Both the position numbers and the translations under genes were made by a program. From the NCBI GenBank assembly GCA_964535955.1, contig CAZHVK010000001.1, forward strand, positions 115,542-179,541: a DNA stretch of 64,000 nt, read 5' to 3'. This document shows positions 37,374 through 45,923 of this stretch, piece after piece. Each line of letters begins with the position of its first letter. The stretch's first letter is position 1. The notes below the pieces were generated by a model that worked only from the letters and a program-made list of their open reading frames with translations, was not told the DNA's origin and searched no databases. Source of the stretch: an uncultured Methanosarcinales archaeon (GTDB lineage: Archaea; Nanobdellota; Nanobdellia; Woesearchaeales; CAXGTL01).

Positions 37374-38187
37374 TAAAAAAATAATCAGAAAAGAAATAAC
37401 TAGTTTTGATAATGTCAGAATTTCTTATTTGTTTAAGAAAAGTAAGAATAAAAAATCATATTTAATATTTATCCATGGTTTGACAGGTAGTTTTAATTCA
37501 TGGAGGAAAATTATCCCTTATTTTATCAACAAAGATTATGGAATTATTGCTCTTGATTTAAGAGGGCACTTTAGTTCTGAAAATTATCCTAATGATTATA
37601 GTTATTCTGCTTGTGCAAAAGATATTAATGAAATCATGAAAAAGGAAAAGATTGGAAAGGGTGTGTTTGTAACTCATTGTTATGGTAGCTTTATTGCATT
37701 TGAATTTCATAAGATGTTTAGTAAAAAGATTAAAGCATTAATATTATGTTCTAGTGATTATAAACATGTATTAAAAAGTATGTATGGTATAAATACTCAT
37801 ATTTTTAGAAAAAAAATAATGATAATCTTAAAATTTGTTGGTAAATTATTTAGAAAAAAAGTAAAATATAATCCTTTGAAAATGTCAAGAACTAAAAGAA
37901 AATATTATGAATTTAGGAATCATTGGCAAACTGTGATTAATATGCTTCAAGAGTCTTTTGATTGTAATTATGAAGAAATACTAAAAAATGTGGATGTTCC
38001 TACAACAATAATGGTTGGAAAGTATGACATAATAGCATGTAAAAAAAGATCAAGACAAATGCATAAATTGATTAAAAATTCTAAATTTAAAATTATAAAA
38101 AATGGTGAACATTTTATAATTACATTAGCAAGTGAAACTGTTAATAGGATTGTTGATGATTTTATAGAAAAGAATGGGCTAAATTAG
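37333..38187 (+). CDS. Alpha/beta hydrolase fold protein
   Basis: The HG motif is FIHGLTGSFNSW. The nucleophile elbow THCYGSF may carry a Cys nucleophile. A C-terminal catalytic His lies in GEHFII. Confidence 0.55.
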   Translation: MTYLDTNLECLINNKKIIRKEITSFDNVRISYLFKKSKNKKSYLIFIHGLTGSFNSWRKIIPYFINKDYGIIALDLRGHFSSENYPNDYSYSACAKDINEIMKKEKIGKGVFVTHCYGSFIAFEFHKMFSKKIKALILCSSDYKHVLKSMYGINTHIFRKKIMIILKFVGKLFRKKVKYNPLKMSRTKRKYYEFRNHWQTVINMLQESFDCNYEEILKNVDVPTTIMVGKYDIIACKKRSRQMHKLIKNSKFKIIKNGEHFIITLASETVNRIVDDFIEKNGLN

Positions 38188-38281
38188 AAATGTTAAAAAA
38201 TTACTGAAAAAATTACTGAGAAAGTTATTAGCAAAATTGCCAAAAATGTTGTTTTAAATATTGGTCTGATTATTATGCTAA

Positions 38282-39694
38282 TTATACTTGTTCTGGTTGT
38301 TCTATTTCTTGTATTACTTGCCATATACCAAATTCATTTGTTACATATATTTTTTTAAATTTTCCTTGAAATGGAAGTAAAAACAATAAACCTTCTTCAT
38401 CAGATGTCCAAAGCTTTTGTTTCATTCTGGAACTAATATAAATATAATCAATATCATTTTTATCTAATAATTCAGATACTTTTGAAAAGTCTCTTGATAA
38501 AAAAAGAATTTCTGTATCTGGATTCAAAGTGTAGAGATCATTAATTGTTTTTCTTTCTGCAAAATATTGAACCCAAAGACCACTTTCAACATCTGAAAGT
38601 ATTATTGAATCTACAGATGTTCTTTTCTCAATTTCAAATATTGCTGATTTTATTTCTTGGTTAGGTAAAGATTGACTTAGCCTATTTGTATAAGAGATTG
38701 TTGTAAACAGCAGACCACAGATTAAAACAATCAATGTTAAATCCCTAACAATTTCAAGGTTCCAATCATATTTTATTAGTTCGTTTAGGGCAATTGCTGC
38801 AAAATAACATAAAATGAAGTTAAGAAAAATATTAGAATATTGTCCTAAGTAAATAAAACTTAAAAATAATAAGAAAATTACAAAATATAAAGAAAGATAT
38901 TTTTTTTTATTTTTCCAAGTGAAGGTGAGTCCTATTGCAAAAAGTAATAATATAAAAATACTATGGCCTAGTTCTGCTCCAAACCCAATTATAAATTTTA
39001 AGATGAATATTTTATTTTCTAAAATATCTAGATTTTTAACAGGGAAATAAAATAATGTGGCGAACATTATAAAACAAATGAAAATGATTTTCTTAGTTCT
39101 TTTATCATCTTTGTAATATATAAAATATAATAATAGAATTATCATACTTAAAATTGTTTCAAATATGCCTAAAAAAGGGACAATTATGAATGATATTAAT
39201 GGTAAAAATGAATTATTGAATTTTATAAGAACATATATTAAAAGAAGAAGAATTAGTGTAGACAAAATATATTGATTAGATATAGTTGAAATAAAGATAT
39301 AAATAGGAGATAGAACAACCAATATACAAGTAGTGAAATTAAGAGATCTTTTAATTTTTATTAAATCTAATGTTTTAAAAAAGATTATTATTGTTATTAA
39401 ACCCAAAATGACTGGTAAAATCTGGGATGTGAATTCTAGATTATTGAATATTTTATCTACAATTGATAATAAAATCTGGTAAGGAGAGGAATTGTATATA
39501 AATAATGGATTGAATGATTTTGCTTTTATTGCGTGAAAATAAGAACTGTTCCCAATCATTATGCCTTCATATTTTATTGATCTTACTAAAAAAATAATAG
39601 ATGATATAATTACCTGAAATAGGATAATTATTTTAAGTGAATGATTTTCTATAATTTTTGGAATTGTATTTTCTTTTGTCATGTTAGCCTGCAA
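38282..39694 (-). CDS. Polytopic membrane protein, putative GT-C-fold glycosyltransferase (N-terminal multi-TM plus C-terminal soluble domain)
   Basis: About 11 TM helices followed by a soluble domain of about 120 aa. A paralogous gene sits next door. Placement is in the GT cluster. Confidence 0.4.
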   Translation of the reverse strand: MQANMTKENTIPKIIENHSLKIIILFQVIISSIIFLVRSIKYEGIMIGNSSYFHAIKAKSFNPLFIYNSSPYQILLSIVDKIFNNLEFTSQILPVILGLITIIIFFKTLDLIKIKRSLNFTTCILVVLSPIYIFISTISNQYILSTLILLLLIYVLIKFNNSFLPLISFIIVPFLGIFETILSMIILLLYFIYYKDDKRTKKIIFICFIMFATLFYFPVKNLDILENKIFILKFIIGFGAELGHSIFILLLFAIGLTFTWKNKKKYLSLYFVIFLLFLSFIYLGQYSNIFLNFILCYFAAIALNELIKYDWNLEIVRDLTLIVLICGLLFTTISYTNRLSQSLPNQEIKSAIFEIEKRTSVDSIILSDVESGLWVQYFAERKTINDLYTLNPDTEILFLSRDFSKVSELLDKNDIDYIYISSRMKQKLWTSDEEGLLFLLPFQGKFKKIYVTNEFGIWQVIQEIEQPEQV

Positions 39695-41193
39695 TTTAAA
39701 AATTTGTATACTTTGATTTGATCTTCATTATAAACAAGTTCGAAACATTCTTTATCATCTTTATAATGGATATCCTTAATTTGATAATTATCCCTTTCTT
39801 CTGATGTAATAATAATATATTTTATTTTATATTTATTAATTAATCTAATCGCTTCTATTTCCATGTTTGTTTGATAAATTGTTTTTATATCATTTATTAC
39901 TATTTCAGGATTTTCTATGTAAAGAAAATTATTATCAAACACATTTTTTCTTTCTGAAATTGAATTAATAGCATGACCAAACTTTAAGCCTGATAATATT
40001 ATATCTCTGCTTTTAGTGGAATTATTTACCCATTTAAATAGCCTTATTTCCTCCTCAGATGGAAGGTTATTCAATTTTGAGTTGGAAAGATTTATTGTTG
40101 AAATTAAAGAAGTTAAAAGAAAAATAAGAATTATTAATGTAAAAATTTGTTTCTTAAATTTTGCTGCTTTTGTTTTATCTATATATTTTGATATGTGAAG
40201 TAAGATTTTACTTGAAAGAATCACCATAATAATTCCAATATATGAAACACCCAAAGCAGGACTTATTAATTTGAATACAAGCAATAAGAAAATTGAAATG
40301 GCAAAACTTATAAGTTTATAAGAATCTACATCCTTTTGTTTTAATACTTGTTTTGATATTGACCATATACCAAAAATCAAAGGAATTATGCCAATATAAT
40401 AAATGTATTTCAAGATATCTAAGCTTGTAAATTTAATATTTAGTATATTTTGAGGAAGATTATACCATATAATCAAAGGACCATGAAGGAGGATTGCTTT
40501 TTTGTATATTAGAAATAAAGTCCATGCAATAAAGAATACTGAAAATAAAATTATTTCTATTTCTGATTTTTTAAGTTTGATGCTTTCTATCTTTGTTAAA
40601 AAAAGATAAAATAATAATCCAATTACTAATAATAAAGAAGTTCCATGCACTAAAGGAAGAATTATTGTTATGATAAGAAAAAGATTAATATACTTTTCTT
40701 GATTTATCTTCATCAGACAGTAAAATGCAAGAAGAATAAGTAAAAAAGAAATTAATTCTGGTGATAATGTAAATAAAGATAATGAGAAAAAAATAGGAAT
40801 CAAAATTGAAATAAAAGCTGTTAATAAAGAAATATTTTTATCTCTTGTTAAATGAAAACTGATTAAATAAACAATAAAGACAATGATGGAAAGTAAAATG
40901 CTTGGTATTATCTTGCCTACTAATGTAATTGGTATAACTAGACCAAATAAAGCTAGAAAGTAGTAATACAAAGGTGTTGAAATGATTATTCTGCCTGAAT
41001 AACTAAGATCATCATGGATCAAGGGTCTTAGGGTTTGTTTTATGTGTTCTATTTGTCTTAAGTCTTGGTATGAATCATAATCAAAGTTAGGATTCTGGAA
41101 TGAGAAATAAAGTCTTAAGCTTAATGATAATAGAAATAAGAATAGTAAGATATATTTATATTTGTGTTTCTTGAAATGGTTGCTTTCCCCCAT
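39679..41193 (-). CDS. Polytopic membrane protein, putative GT-C-fold glycosyltransferase (paralogue of the upstream gene)
   Basis: Same architecture as the neighbour. The two genes overlap by 16 nt. Confidence 0.4.
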   Translation of the reverse strand: MGESNHFKKHKYKYILLFLFLLSLSLRLYFSFQNPNFDYDSYQDLRQIEHIKQTLRPLIHDDLSYSGRIIISTPLYYYFLALFGLVIPITLVGKIIPSILLSIIVFIVYLISFHLTRDKNISLLTAFISILIPIFFSLSLFTLSPELISFLLILLAFYCLMKINQEKYINLFLIITIILPLVHGTSLLLVIGLLFYLFLTKIESIKLKKSEIEIILFSVFFIAWTLFLIYKKAILLHGPLIIWYNLPQNILNIKFTSLDILKYIYYIGIIPLIFGIWSISKQVLKQKDVDSYKLISFAISIFLLLVFKLISPALGVSYIGIIMVILSSKILLHISKYIDKTKAAKFKKQIFTLIILIFLLTSLISTINLSNSKLNNLPSEEEIRLFKWVNNSTKSRDIILSGLKFGHAINSISERKNVFDNNFLYIENPEIVINDIKTIYQTNMEIEAIRLINKYKIKYIIITSEERDNYQIKDIHYKDDKECFELVYNEDQIKVYKFLNCRLT

Positions 41194-41237
41194 ATATATA
41201 GAGAATAAGGTTGAGAGTTTATATAGTTTTTGGGTTT

Positions 41238-41825
41238 TTAAGATATATCTCTTTTTCTTTGTTTTATTAGATGTTTGAAATATTGTTTTATTTTTTTTGA
41301 ATAGAATTTCCTACCACTATCTTTAAAATCTTTGTAAAAGATCAATGACTGTTTATAAAAATCTTTTTTATTTTGTTTTGTGAATTTCCTTACAATATCA
41401 AAACCTTTTTTTGTATAAATCCAAATAAAATCAAAATTATTGAATATTTGGAGAACAGGTTCATCTAAGAAATTCTTACCAAATGCCCAATCATCATGCC
41501 TTTTTATTAGTTTTTTTATTGTTTTTATCTTGTTTTTAGAGTATTTTAGTTGAGTTAAGATTTTTTCAGCTATTTTTGCTCCTTCTAAAGAATGTAGTTT
41601 TCTTATGTTTAAATTGAATGGGTCTGAATTTTTTGGAACTTTTGAATAACCAACATCATGTAATATTACAACTGGCATAAGGATGTCAAGATCTATTTGT
41701 TTATCATGTTTGTCTATGAACTTAGGCACTGTTTTGTATAACCATTTAATGTGTTCAATATCACCTTTTCTGCCTTTTTTGTAGTATGGCAGTGCTTTTT
41801 GTAAGAGTTTTTTGTATTTTTTCAT
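41238..41825 (-). CDS. HD-domain metal-dependent phosphohydrolase
   Basis: H..HD motif (VVILHDVGY) with downstream HSLEGAKIAE and HDDWAF. Confidence 0.6.
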   Translation of the reverse strand: MKKYKKLLQKALPYYKKGRKGDIEHIKWLYKTVPKFIDKHDKQIDLDILMPVVILHDVGYSKVPKNSDPFNLNIRKLHSLEGAKIAEKILTQLKYSKNKIKTIKKLIKRHDDWAFGKNFLDEPVLQIFNNFDFIWIYTKKGFDIVRKFTKQNKKDFYKQSLIFYKDFKDSGRKFYSKKIKQYFKHLIKQRKRDIS

Positions 41826-41909
41826 TTTATGTTAACATTTTTTGTTTTATCATTTATATAGGTTTTGATTATAGAAATCAATAAATAGTAGTGATTTTTC
41901 TTTTTATGT

Positions 41910-42575
41910 ATGTCTTATACTAAAATAATATCTTCAGGAAGTATTGTGGTAGATGATTTGTTAGATGGTGGTCTTGATAAAGATAAGATTACTTGTGTGT
42001 ATGGGGAAGCTGCTGCTGGCAAGACAACATTGGCAATATTAGCTGCTGTTGAGTGTGCTGCTTTAGGAGGCAAAGTTTTGTTTATTGATTCTGAAAATGG
42101 GTTTAGTACTGAAAGATTTAAACAGCTAAGCTGTGATAATTTGGAACTATTAAAGAATGTGTTTGTTGTTAAGATTAAATCTTTTTATGATCAATTACAG
42201 AAATTAAAGTTATTGGGTGAAAGTTTTTCTAAGTTTAGTTTGATAATTGTTGATACTATTGGTAATTTTTATCGTAAAGAGGTTGTTAAGGATATATTTG
42301 CTAATAAACAATTGGTTCATCAGTTCAATATATTAAAACAGATCGCTGATGAAAAAATTCCAGTGTTAATCACTAACCAAATCTATACTGACCCCAAAGA
42401 TAAAAGTGTGCAAGTTGTTGGTGGTAAAATTGTTAAGAATAATGTTGATTGTTTGATTCAATTGGTTAAGTTGAGTTCTGGTAATCGTTGTTGTGTGTTA
42501 AGAAAGCATCATGTGATTAAAGAAAAAAAAGAAAAAGGATTTAAGATTGTTGAAAAGGGGTTTATTCCATTATAA
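41910..42575 (+). CDS. radB: RadB-type recombinase paralogue (RecA/RadA superfamily, KaiC-like core)
   Basis: Walker A is GEAAAGKTTLAI and Walker B is LIIVDTI. The 221-aa size is typical of archaeal RadB. Confidence 0.7.
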   Translation: MSYTKIISSGSIVVDDLLDGGLDKDKITCVYGEAAAGKTTLAILAAVECAALGGKVLFIDSENGFSTERFKQLSCDNLELLKNVFVVKIKSFYDQLQKLKLLGESFSKFSLIIVDTIGNFYRKEVVKDIFANKQLVHQFNILKQIADEKIPVLITNQIYTDPKDKSVQVVGGKIVKNNVDCLIQLVKLSSGNRCCVLRKHHVIKEKKEKGFKIVEKGFIPL

Positions 42576-42577
42576 AT

Positions 42578-43135
42578 TTATGCTTCTGTGACTGCTTCAG
42601 TTAAGTCATCTTCTTTTTGTACAATGAATTCCAAATCATCCATATGTTCAAGAAGTTTTATAGAGGCTTCTGTTTTTGATGCATCTTCTACTCCTTCATA
42701 TGCTTTTTGTGCTACTGCTTTTATCCTAACACAATCATAAGGATAATCTCTTTCATCATAAAAATCTAGAACAGTGTAAATAAAAATTGGAGAACCAGCA
42801 ATAGTTTTTTGAAAAGTTCTTCCTTTTGCTCCGCCTTCAAGCATATAATCTTTTAATGTTTTTGGTCCTTGTTTTAGTTTATCTTTATCAAGTATTAGTT
42901 TTGCTTTAAGTATGCCTAAAGCAAGTTTGTCAGGATCTTTTATTCCTTCAACTACTGCAACTAGTTTTGAATGTTCACCGCCTTCACCACCACCATAATT
43001 ACTATAATGCCAAGTGTAAACATAATGACCATCTACTTCTTCATGAACCACTGACATACGATTACCATCTTCTAAAGTAATTCCATAACCATTTTGTCTT
43101 TTTTCTATTTTTCTAGCTTCTGTTTCTTGCTCCAT
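42578..43135 (-). CDS. Conserved hypothetical protein
   Basis: I chose the ATG at 43135 because a GGAGGT SD lies 7 nt upstream; the track start at 43150 would place the SD inside the CDS. Confidence 0.4.
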   Translation of the reverse strand: MEQETEARKIEKRQNGYGITLEDGNRMSVVHEEVDGHYVYTWHYSNYGGGEGGEHSKLVAVVEGIKDPDKLALGILKAKLILDKDKLKQGPKTLKDYMLEGGAKGRTFQKTIAGSPIFIYTVLDFYDERDYPYDCVRIKAVAQKAYEGVEDASKTEASIKLLEHMDDLEFIVQKEDDLTEAVTEA

Positions 43136-43203
43136 TTTAATAACCTCCAAAATAATCTAAGAACCTCTTTTTAATAAAAGAAAATAAATAAAATATATAA
43201 ACC

Positions 43204-43809
43204 TTACTCTTCAGTAAACTCTTCCAATCCTGGAAACTTGTCTCCTTCTTTAATCAAACCTTTTCTTGTCATGTATTCTTTTGCAATTATGTAAAATATT
43301 AATCCTAATGACTTTTTACCTTTGTTATTGCATGGAATGACTAAATCAACATTATTAGATTGGTTATTTGTGTCACATAATGCAATTATTGATATGCTCA
43401 TTCTAACTGCATCTTCGACAGCATTTCTGTCTGGCCAAGGATCTGTTGAGAATAAGATCTTTGGTTCTGTAAATCCATCTAATAAAGGGTTTGTTAAGAT
43501 TCCAGGAGGATACCTGCCTGGATAAGCTTTTGTGCCTATTAAATCTGCAAACTTGTTAATAGCTTTCCAACCATTCTCTCTTCTTGAAATAAGCATTATT
43601 TCATTTGGTTCAAATTGTGTTAGAAAATTTATGGCTAATCTAATTCTTTCATCTATTTTTTGAAGATTTAAAACTGATAAACCATCTGGTCTTGTTTTGT
43701 ATATGAATTTTTCCATATATTTTGTTTTGAATTTTGTTCCAATATGAATACCTGCTTTTAGGTATTGATCAGATGGTACTAAAAATTGTCTTTGTTGTTG
43801 AGCTGCCAT
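43204..43809 (-). CDS. rps2: 30S ribosomal protein S2 (uS2)
   Basis: The archaeal uS2 pattern runs throughout (QFLVPSDQYLKAGIHIGTKFKT..., GRYPPGILTN). Confidence 0.9.
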   Translation of the reverse strand: MAAQQQRQFLVPSDQYLKAGIHIGTKFKTKYMEKFIYKTRPDGLSVLNLQKIDERIRLAINFLTQFEPNEIMLISRRENGWKAINKFADLIGTKAYPGRYPPGILTNPLLDGFTEPKILFSTDPWPDRNAVEDAVRMSISIIALCDTNNQSNNVDLVIPCNNKGKKSLGLIFYIIAKEYMTRKGLIKEGDKFPGLEEFTEE

Positions 43810-43836
43810 GTTAATTTCACCTTTTATATTTTATTA

Positions 43837-44000
43837 CATGTGTATGGTTCGTTCAAACTTTCCATGTGTCATATCATTGCTTGGAAGGCCTTGTAGTTTT
43901 ACAATTTGTGTGGGTTTTCACTTGTCAGAAATGGGACATTTCTGATCATGCTCATGAATCTACGATTCATGACAGGCCTTAACAGGCACCATACACATGT
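43837..44000. repeat. Intergenic inverted-repeat-closed structured element, copy B
   Basis: A 13-bp perfect terminal inverted repeat, ACATGTGTATGGT ... ACCATACACATGT. Internal motifs are TCGTTCAAACTTTCCATGTG and GGCCTTAACAGGC. Three internal perfect hairpins are present. Both sides carry the flank TTTTATTAC. Confidence 0.6.
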
Positions 44001-44133
44001 TTTATTACAGTAGAATCATATTCATACTGTATTTATTATCAGCCAATACAGTGTTTGTCTTAAGTCCACGTATGTGCTTTACTTAAGATAGGCTAATGTA
44101 TGTTGGTAGAGGGGTTTGGTTTATAAATGTAAC

Positions 44134-45204
44134 TCAGAATTCACTCAACTTCTTTTCCTTCTCTTTAAAAGTGATTATCTTTGTTGAGCCACCATATCCT
44201 TGGAGTTTTTCAACCTTTATGAAATGACCTTTTTCTAGTTTATCAATGTGTCTTGTGAAGGATTTATAAGATAAGTTTCCACCTGTGTCTTCATAGATCT
44301 TGTATAGATTGCCTATCTTTGAATTAGGGTTTTCTTTTACAATGTTTAATATGAACTGAGTGTTGTCAACTAAATCTTTTTTATTTTTTACAGAAAATTC
44401 ATCTAATTTTCTTATTGCTTCTTTGACATGTTCTATGGTTATTGTTTTACTACTTTTGTCTTCTGCTGAATTACCAGATTCTCTCATTAGATATAAACCA
44501 GACCTTATGTCCTGCATTAACCATGTTTTTTCTGCAATCAAATTAAATGCACCATCATTCCAAACATTGCTTACAAATGCATATTTTAATCTGTTTTTTA
44601 ATATGCCTACTGTTTCTGATTCATTATATGATTTGAATTCAAGAAATTCACCTGTTAATCTTGATTTTAATCTTGAGTCTAAGTTGTTGAGATATGTCTT
44701 GTAATTGCTTATCAATATTAAACATGATCTGTAGATGTTTTCTAATATAAAGTATAAAAAGTCAAAATCATCTAATTTGTCTATCTCATCAAAACAAAAT
44801 ACTGTACCTACTTTGTTTAGCTTTTCTTTGATAATTTTAAAAAGTTCATGTGTTTTTTTATTTTGTATGAATTTGTAATCTAGTTGGTCGCAAATCTGGC
44901 AGATTATCTTATGTGATGAATTGTGTGTCCAACAATTTATGTAAATTGGTATGATTTCATCTGTTTCCTGTTCTAATTCTTTGAGAACATGTTTTGTTGC
45001 AACTGTTTTGCCAACACCTGGTAACCCATATAACATTAAGTTTCTTGCATTTCTTTTCTGAAATAATGGTTTTATTGAATTTGCTATCTTGTGCTGTTCT
45101 TTTTCTCTGTATGGTAAAAGTTTTGGAATATAGTCATAGTCAAGTGCAACTGTGTTTAAGAAAAGTGATTCATTGTCCTTTAACATGTTGTCGAATAAGC
45201 CCAT
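44134..45204 (-). CDS. orc1/cdc6: Orc1/Cdc6 replication initiator (AAA+ plus C-terminal winged helix)
   Basis: Walker A is LMLYGLPGVGKT, Walker B is FCFDEID, and a wH domain follows. Confidence 0.9.
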   Translation of the reverse strand: MGLFDNMLKDNESLFLNTVALDYDYIPKLLPYREKEQHKIANSIKPLFQKRNARNLMLYGLPGVGKTVATKHVLKELEQETDEIIPIYINCWTHNSSHKIICQICDQLDYKFIQNKKTHELFKIIKEKLNKVGTVFCFDEIDKLDDFDFLYFILENIYRSCLILISNYKTYLNNLDSRLKSRLTGEFLEFKSYNESETVGILKNRLKYAFVSNVWNDGAFNLIAEKTWLMQDIRSGLYLMRESGNSAEDKSSKTITIEHVKEAIRKLDEFSVKNKKDLVDNTQFILNIVKENPNSKIGNLYKIYEDTGGNLSYKSFTRHIDKLEKGHFIKVEKLQGYGGSTKIITFKEKEKKLSEF

Positions 45205-45255
45205 TTTATGTTTGGTAGAAGTTTATGGTTTATAATAATTTTGGTGATTTAGCAA

Positions 45256-45371
45256 TAATAAAACCCTTTCGTTCGCATGCTCAATGCAATTATTATGATA
45301 ATTTGAGCAACTGTTATATTCTTATGAATTGAACTCATGCTCACTGGCCTTAACAAGCAAGGGTTTTATTA
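45256..45371. repeat. Intergenic inverted-repeat-closed structured element, copy D
   Basis: A 13-bp perfect terminal inverted repeat, TAATAAAACCCTT ... AAGGGTTTTATTA. Internal motifs are TTCGTTCGCATGCTCAATG and GGCCTTAACAAGC. It lies directly upstream of the orc1/cdc6 start. Confidence 0.55.
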
Positions 45372-45374
45372 GAA

Positions 45375-45692
45375 TTATTGCACTCTTCTACCACAAAATG
45401 GACAGAAGTGATAGTTCATAGGCATGTGAACTTTGCAGTCATAGCAATATACTGTTTTTTTTCTTGCTAAATGTGCTTTGTGTGGTTTATGTGGTTTTTT
45501 GGATTTTTCTTTTTTGTGTCTTCTGGATTCTTTCATGCCTGTTATAAACCATTTTGCAATCCCATAAACAACAAAAATAATCCCTAAATAGAAAAATGCA
45601 GAATAATTAAATTGATCTGTTGTAATAAAGTGAGAAATAATTGTAACAATTGCTCCTATTATTATGAATGCAAGTGGGTGGATTGAGACCAT
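45375..45692 (-). CDS. Small membrane protein with a C-terminal zinc ribbon (CxxC...CxxC)
   Basis: Two TM helices followed by CYDCKVHMPMNYHFCPFCGRRV. Confidence 0.5.
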   Translation of the reverse strand: MVSIHPLAFIIIGAIVTIISHFITTDQFNYSAFFYLGIIFVVYGIAKWFITGMKESRRHKKEKSKKPHKPHKAHLARKKTVYCYDCKVHMPMNYHFCPFCGRRVQ

Positions 45693-45715
45693 ATATTTTT
45701 TCCTCTTTTTTTTAA

Positions 45716-45759
45716 ACGCACAGACTTCCGAAGAAGTCTATGCGCATCACCTTTTTTTT
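45716..45759. promoter_or_regulatory. GC-rich imperfect hairpin (12-bp stem, CGAA loop) followed by a 9-T run, about 25 nt upstream of the Zn-ribbon gene start
   Basis: ACGCACAGACTTC-CGAA-GAAGTCTATGCGC followed by TTTTTTTTT. This is hairpin-plus-T-run terminator-like geometry on the plus strand. Confidence 0.4.
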
Positions 45760-45800
45760 TAAAAAATTACCTCGAGGTAAGTGTGAATTAATAATCTTTT

Positions 45801-45913
45801 ATGAAACTCCTTCGCTCAAACTTTCCATGTGTTGTATTCTTTGCTTGGAAAGTCCTGATCTTTTGACAATAAGATTGGTTTTCGCTGGCCAGTAATACTG
45901 GCAGGAGTTTCAT
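45801..45913. repeat. Intergenic inverted-repeat-closed structured element, copy C
   Basis: A 10-bp perfect terminal inverted repeat, ATGAAACTCC ... GGAGTTTCAT. The internal motif is TTCGCTCAAACTTTCCATGTG. An internal hairpin is GCCAG-TAATA-CTGGC. Confidence 0.55.
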
Positions 45914-45923
45914 TACTATTTTG

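Noticed and set aside
45693-45800. AT-rich stretch with poly-T/poly-A, considered as the duplex-unwinding element of oriC
   Set aside because: Without skew or ORB analysis this cannot be distinguished from an ordinary AT-rich promoter region. It is kept only as part of the broader origin-candidate finding.
17379-45913. Element copies A-D considered as a CRISPR array or as simple IS-derived MITEs
   Set aside because: They are not CRISPR: lengths are 109-164 nt, spacing is irregular, there is no short identical direct repeat, and no cas genes are nearby. They are not a classical MITE family because the terminal inverted repeats differ in sequence between copies. They are reported instead as a covarying structured-element family.
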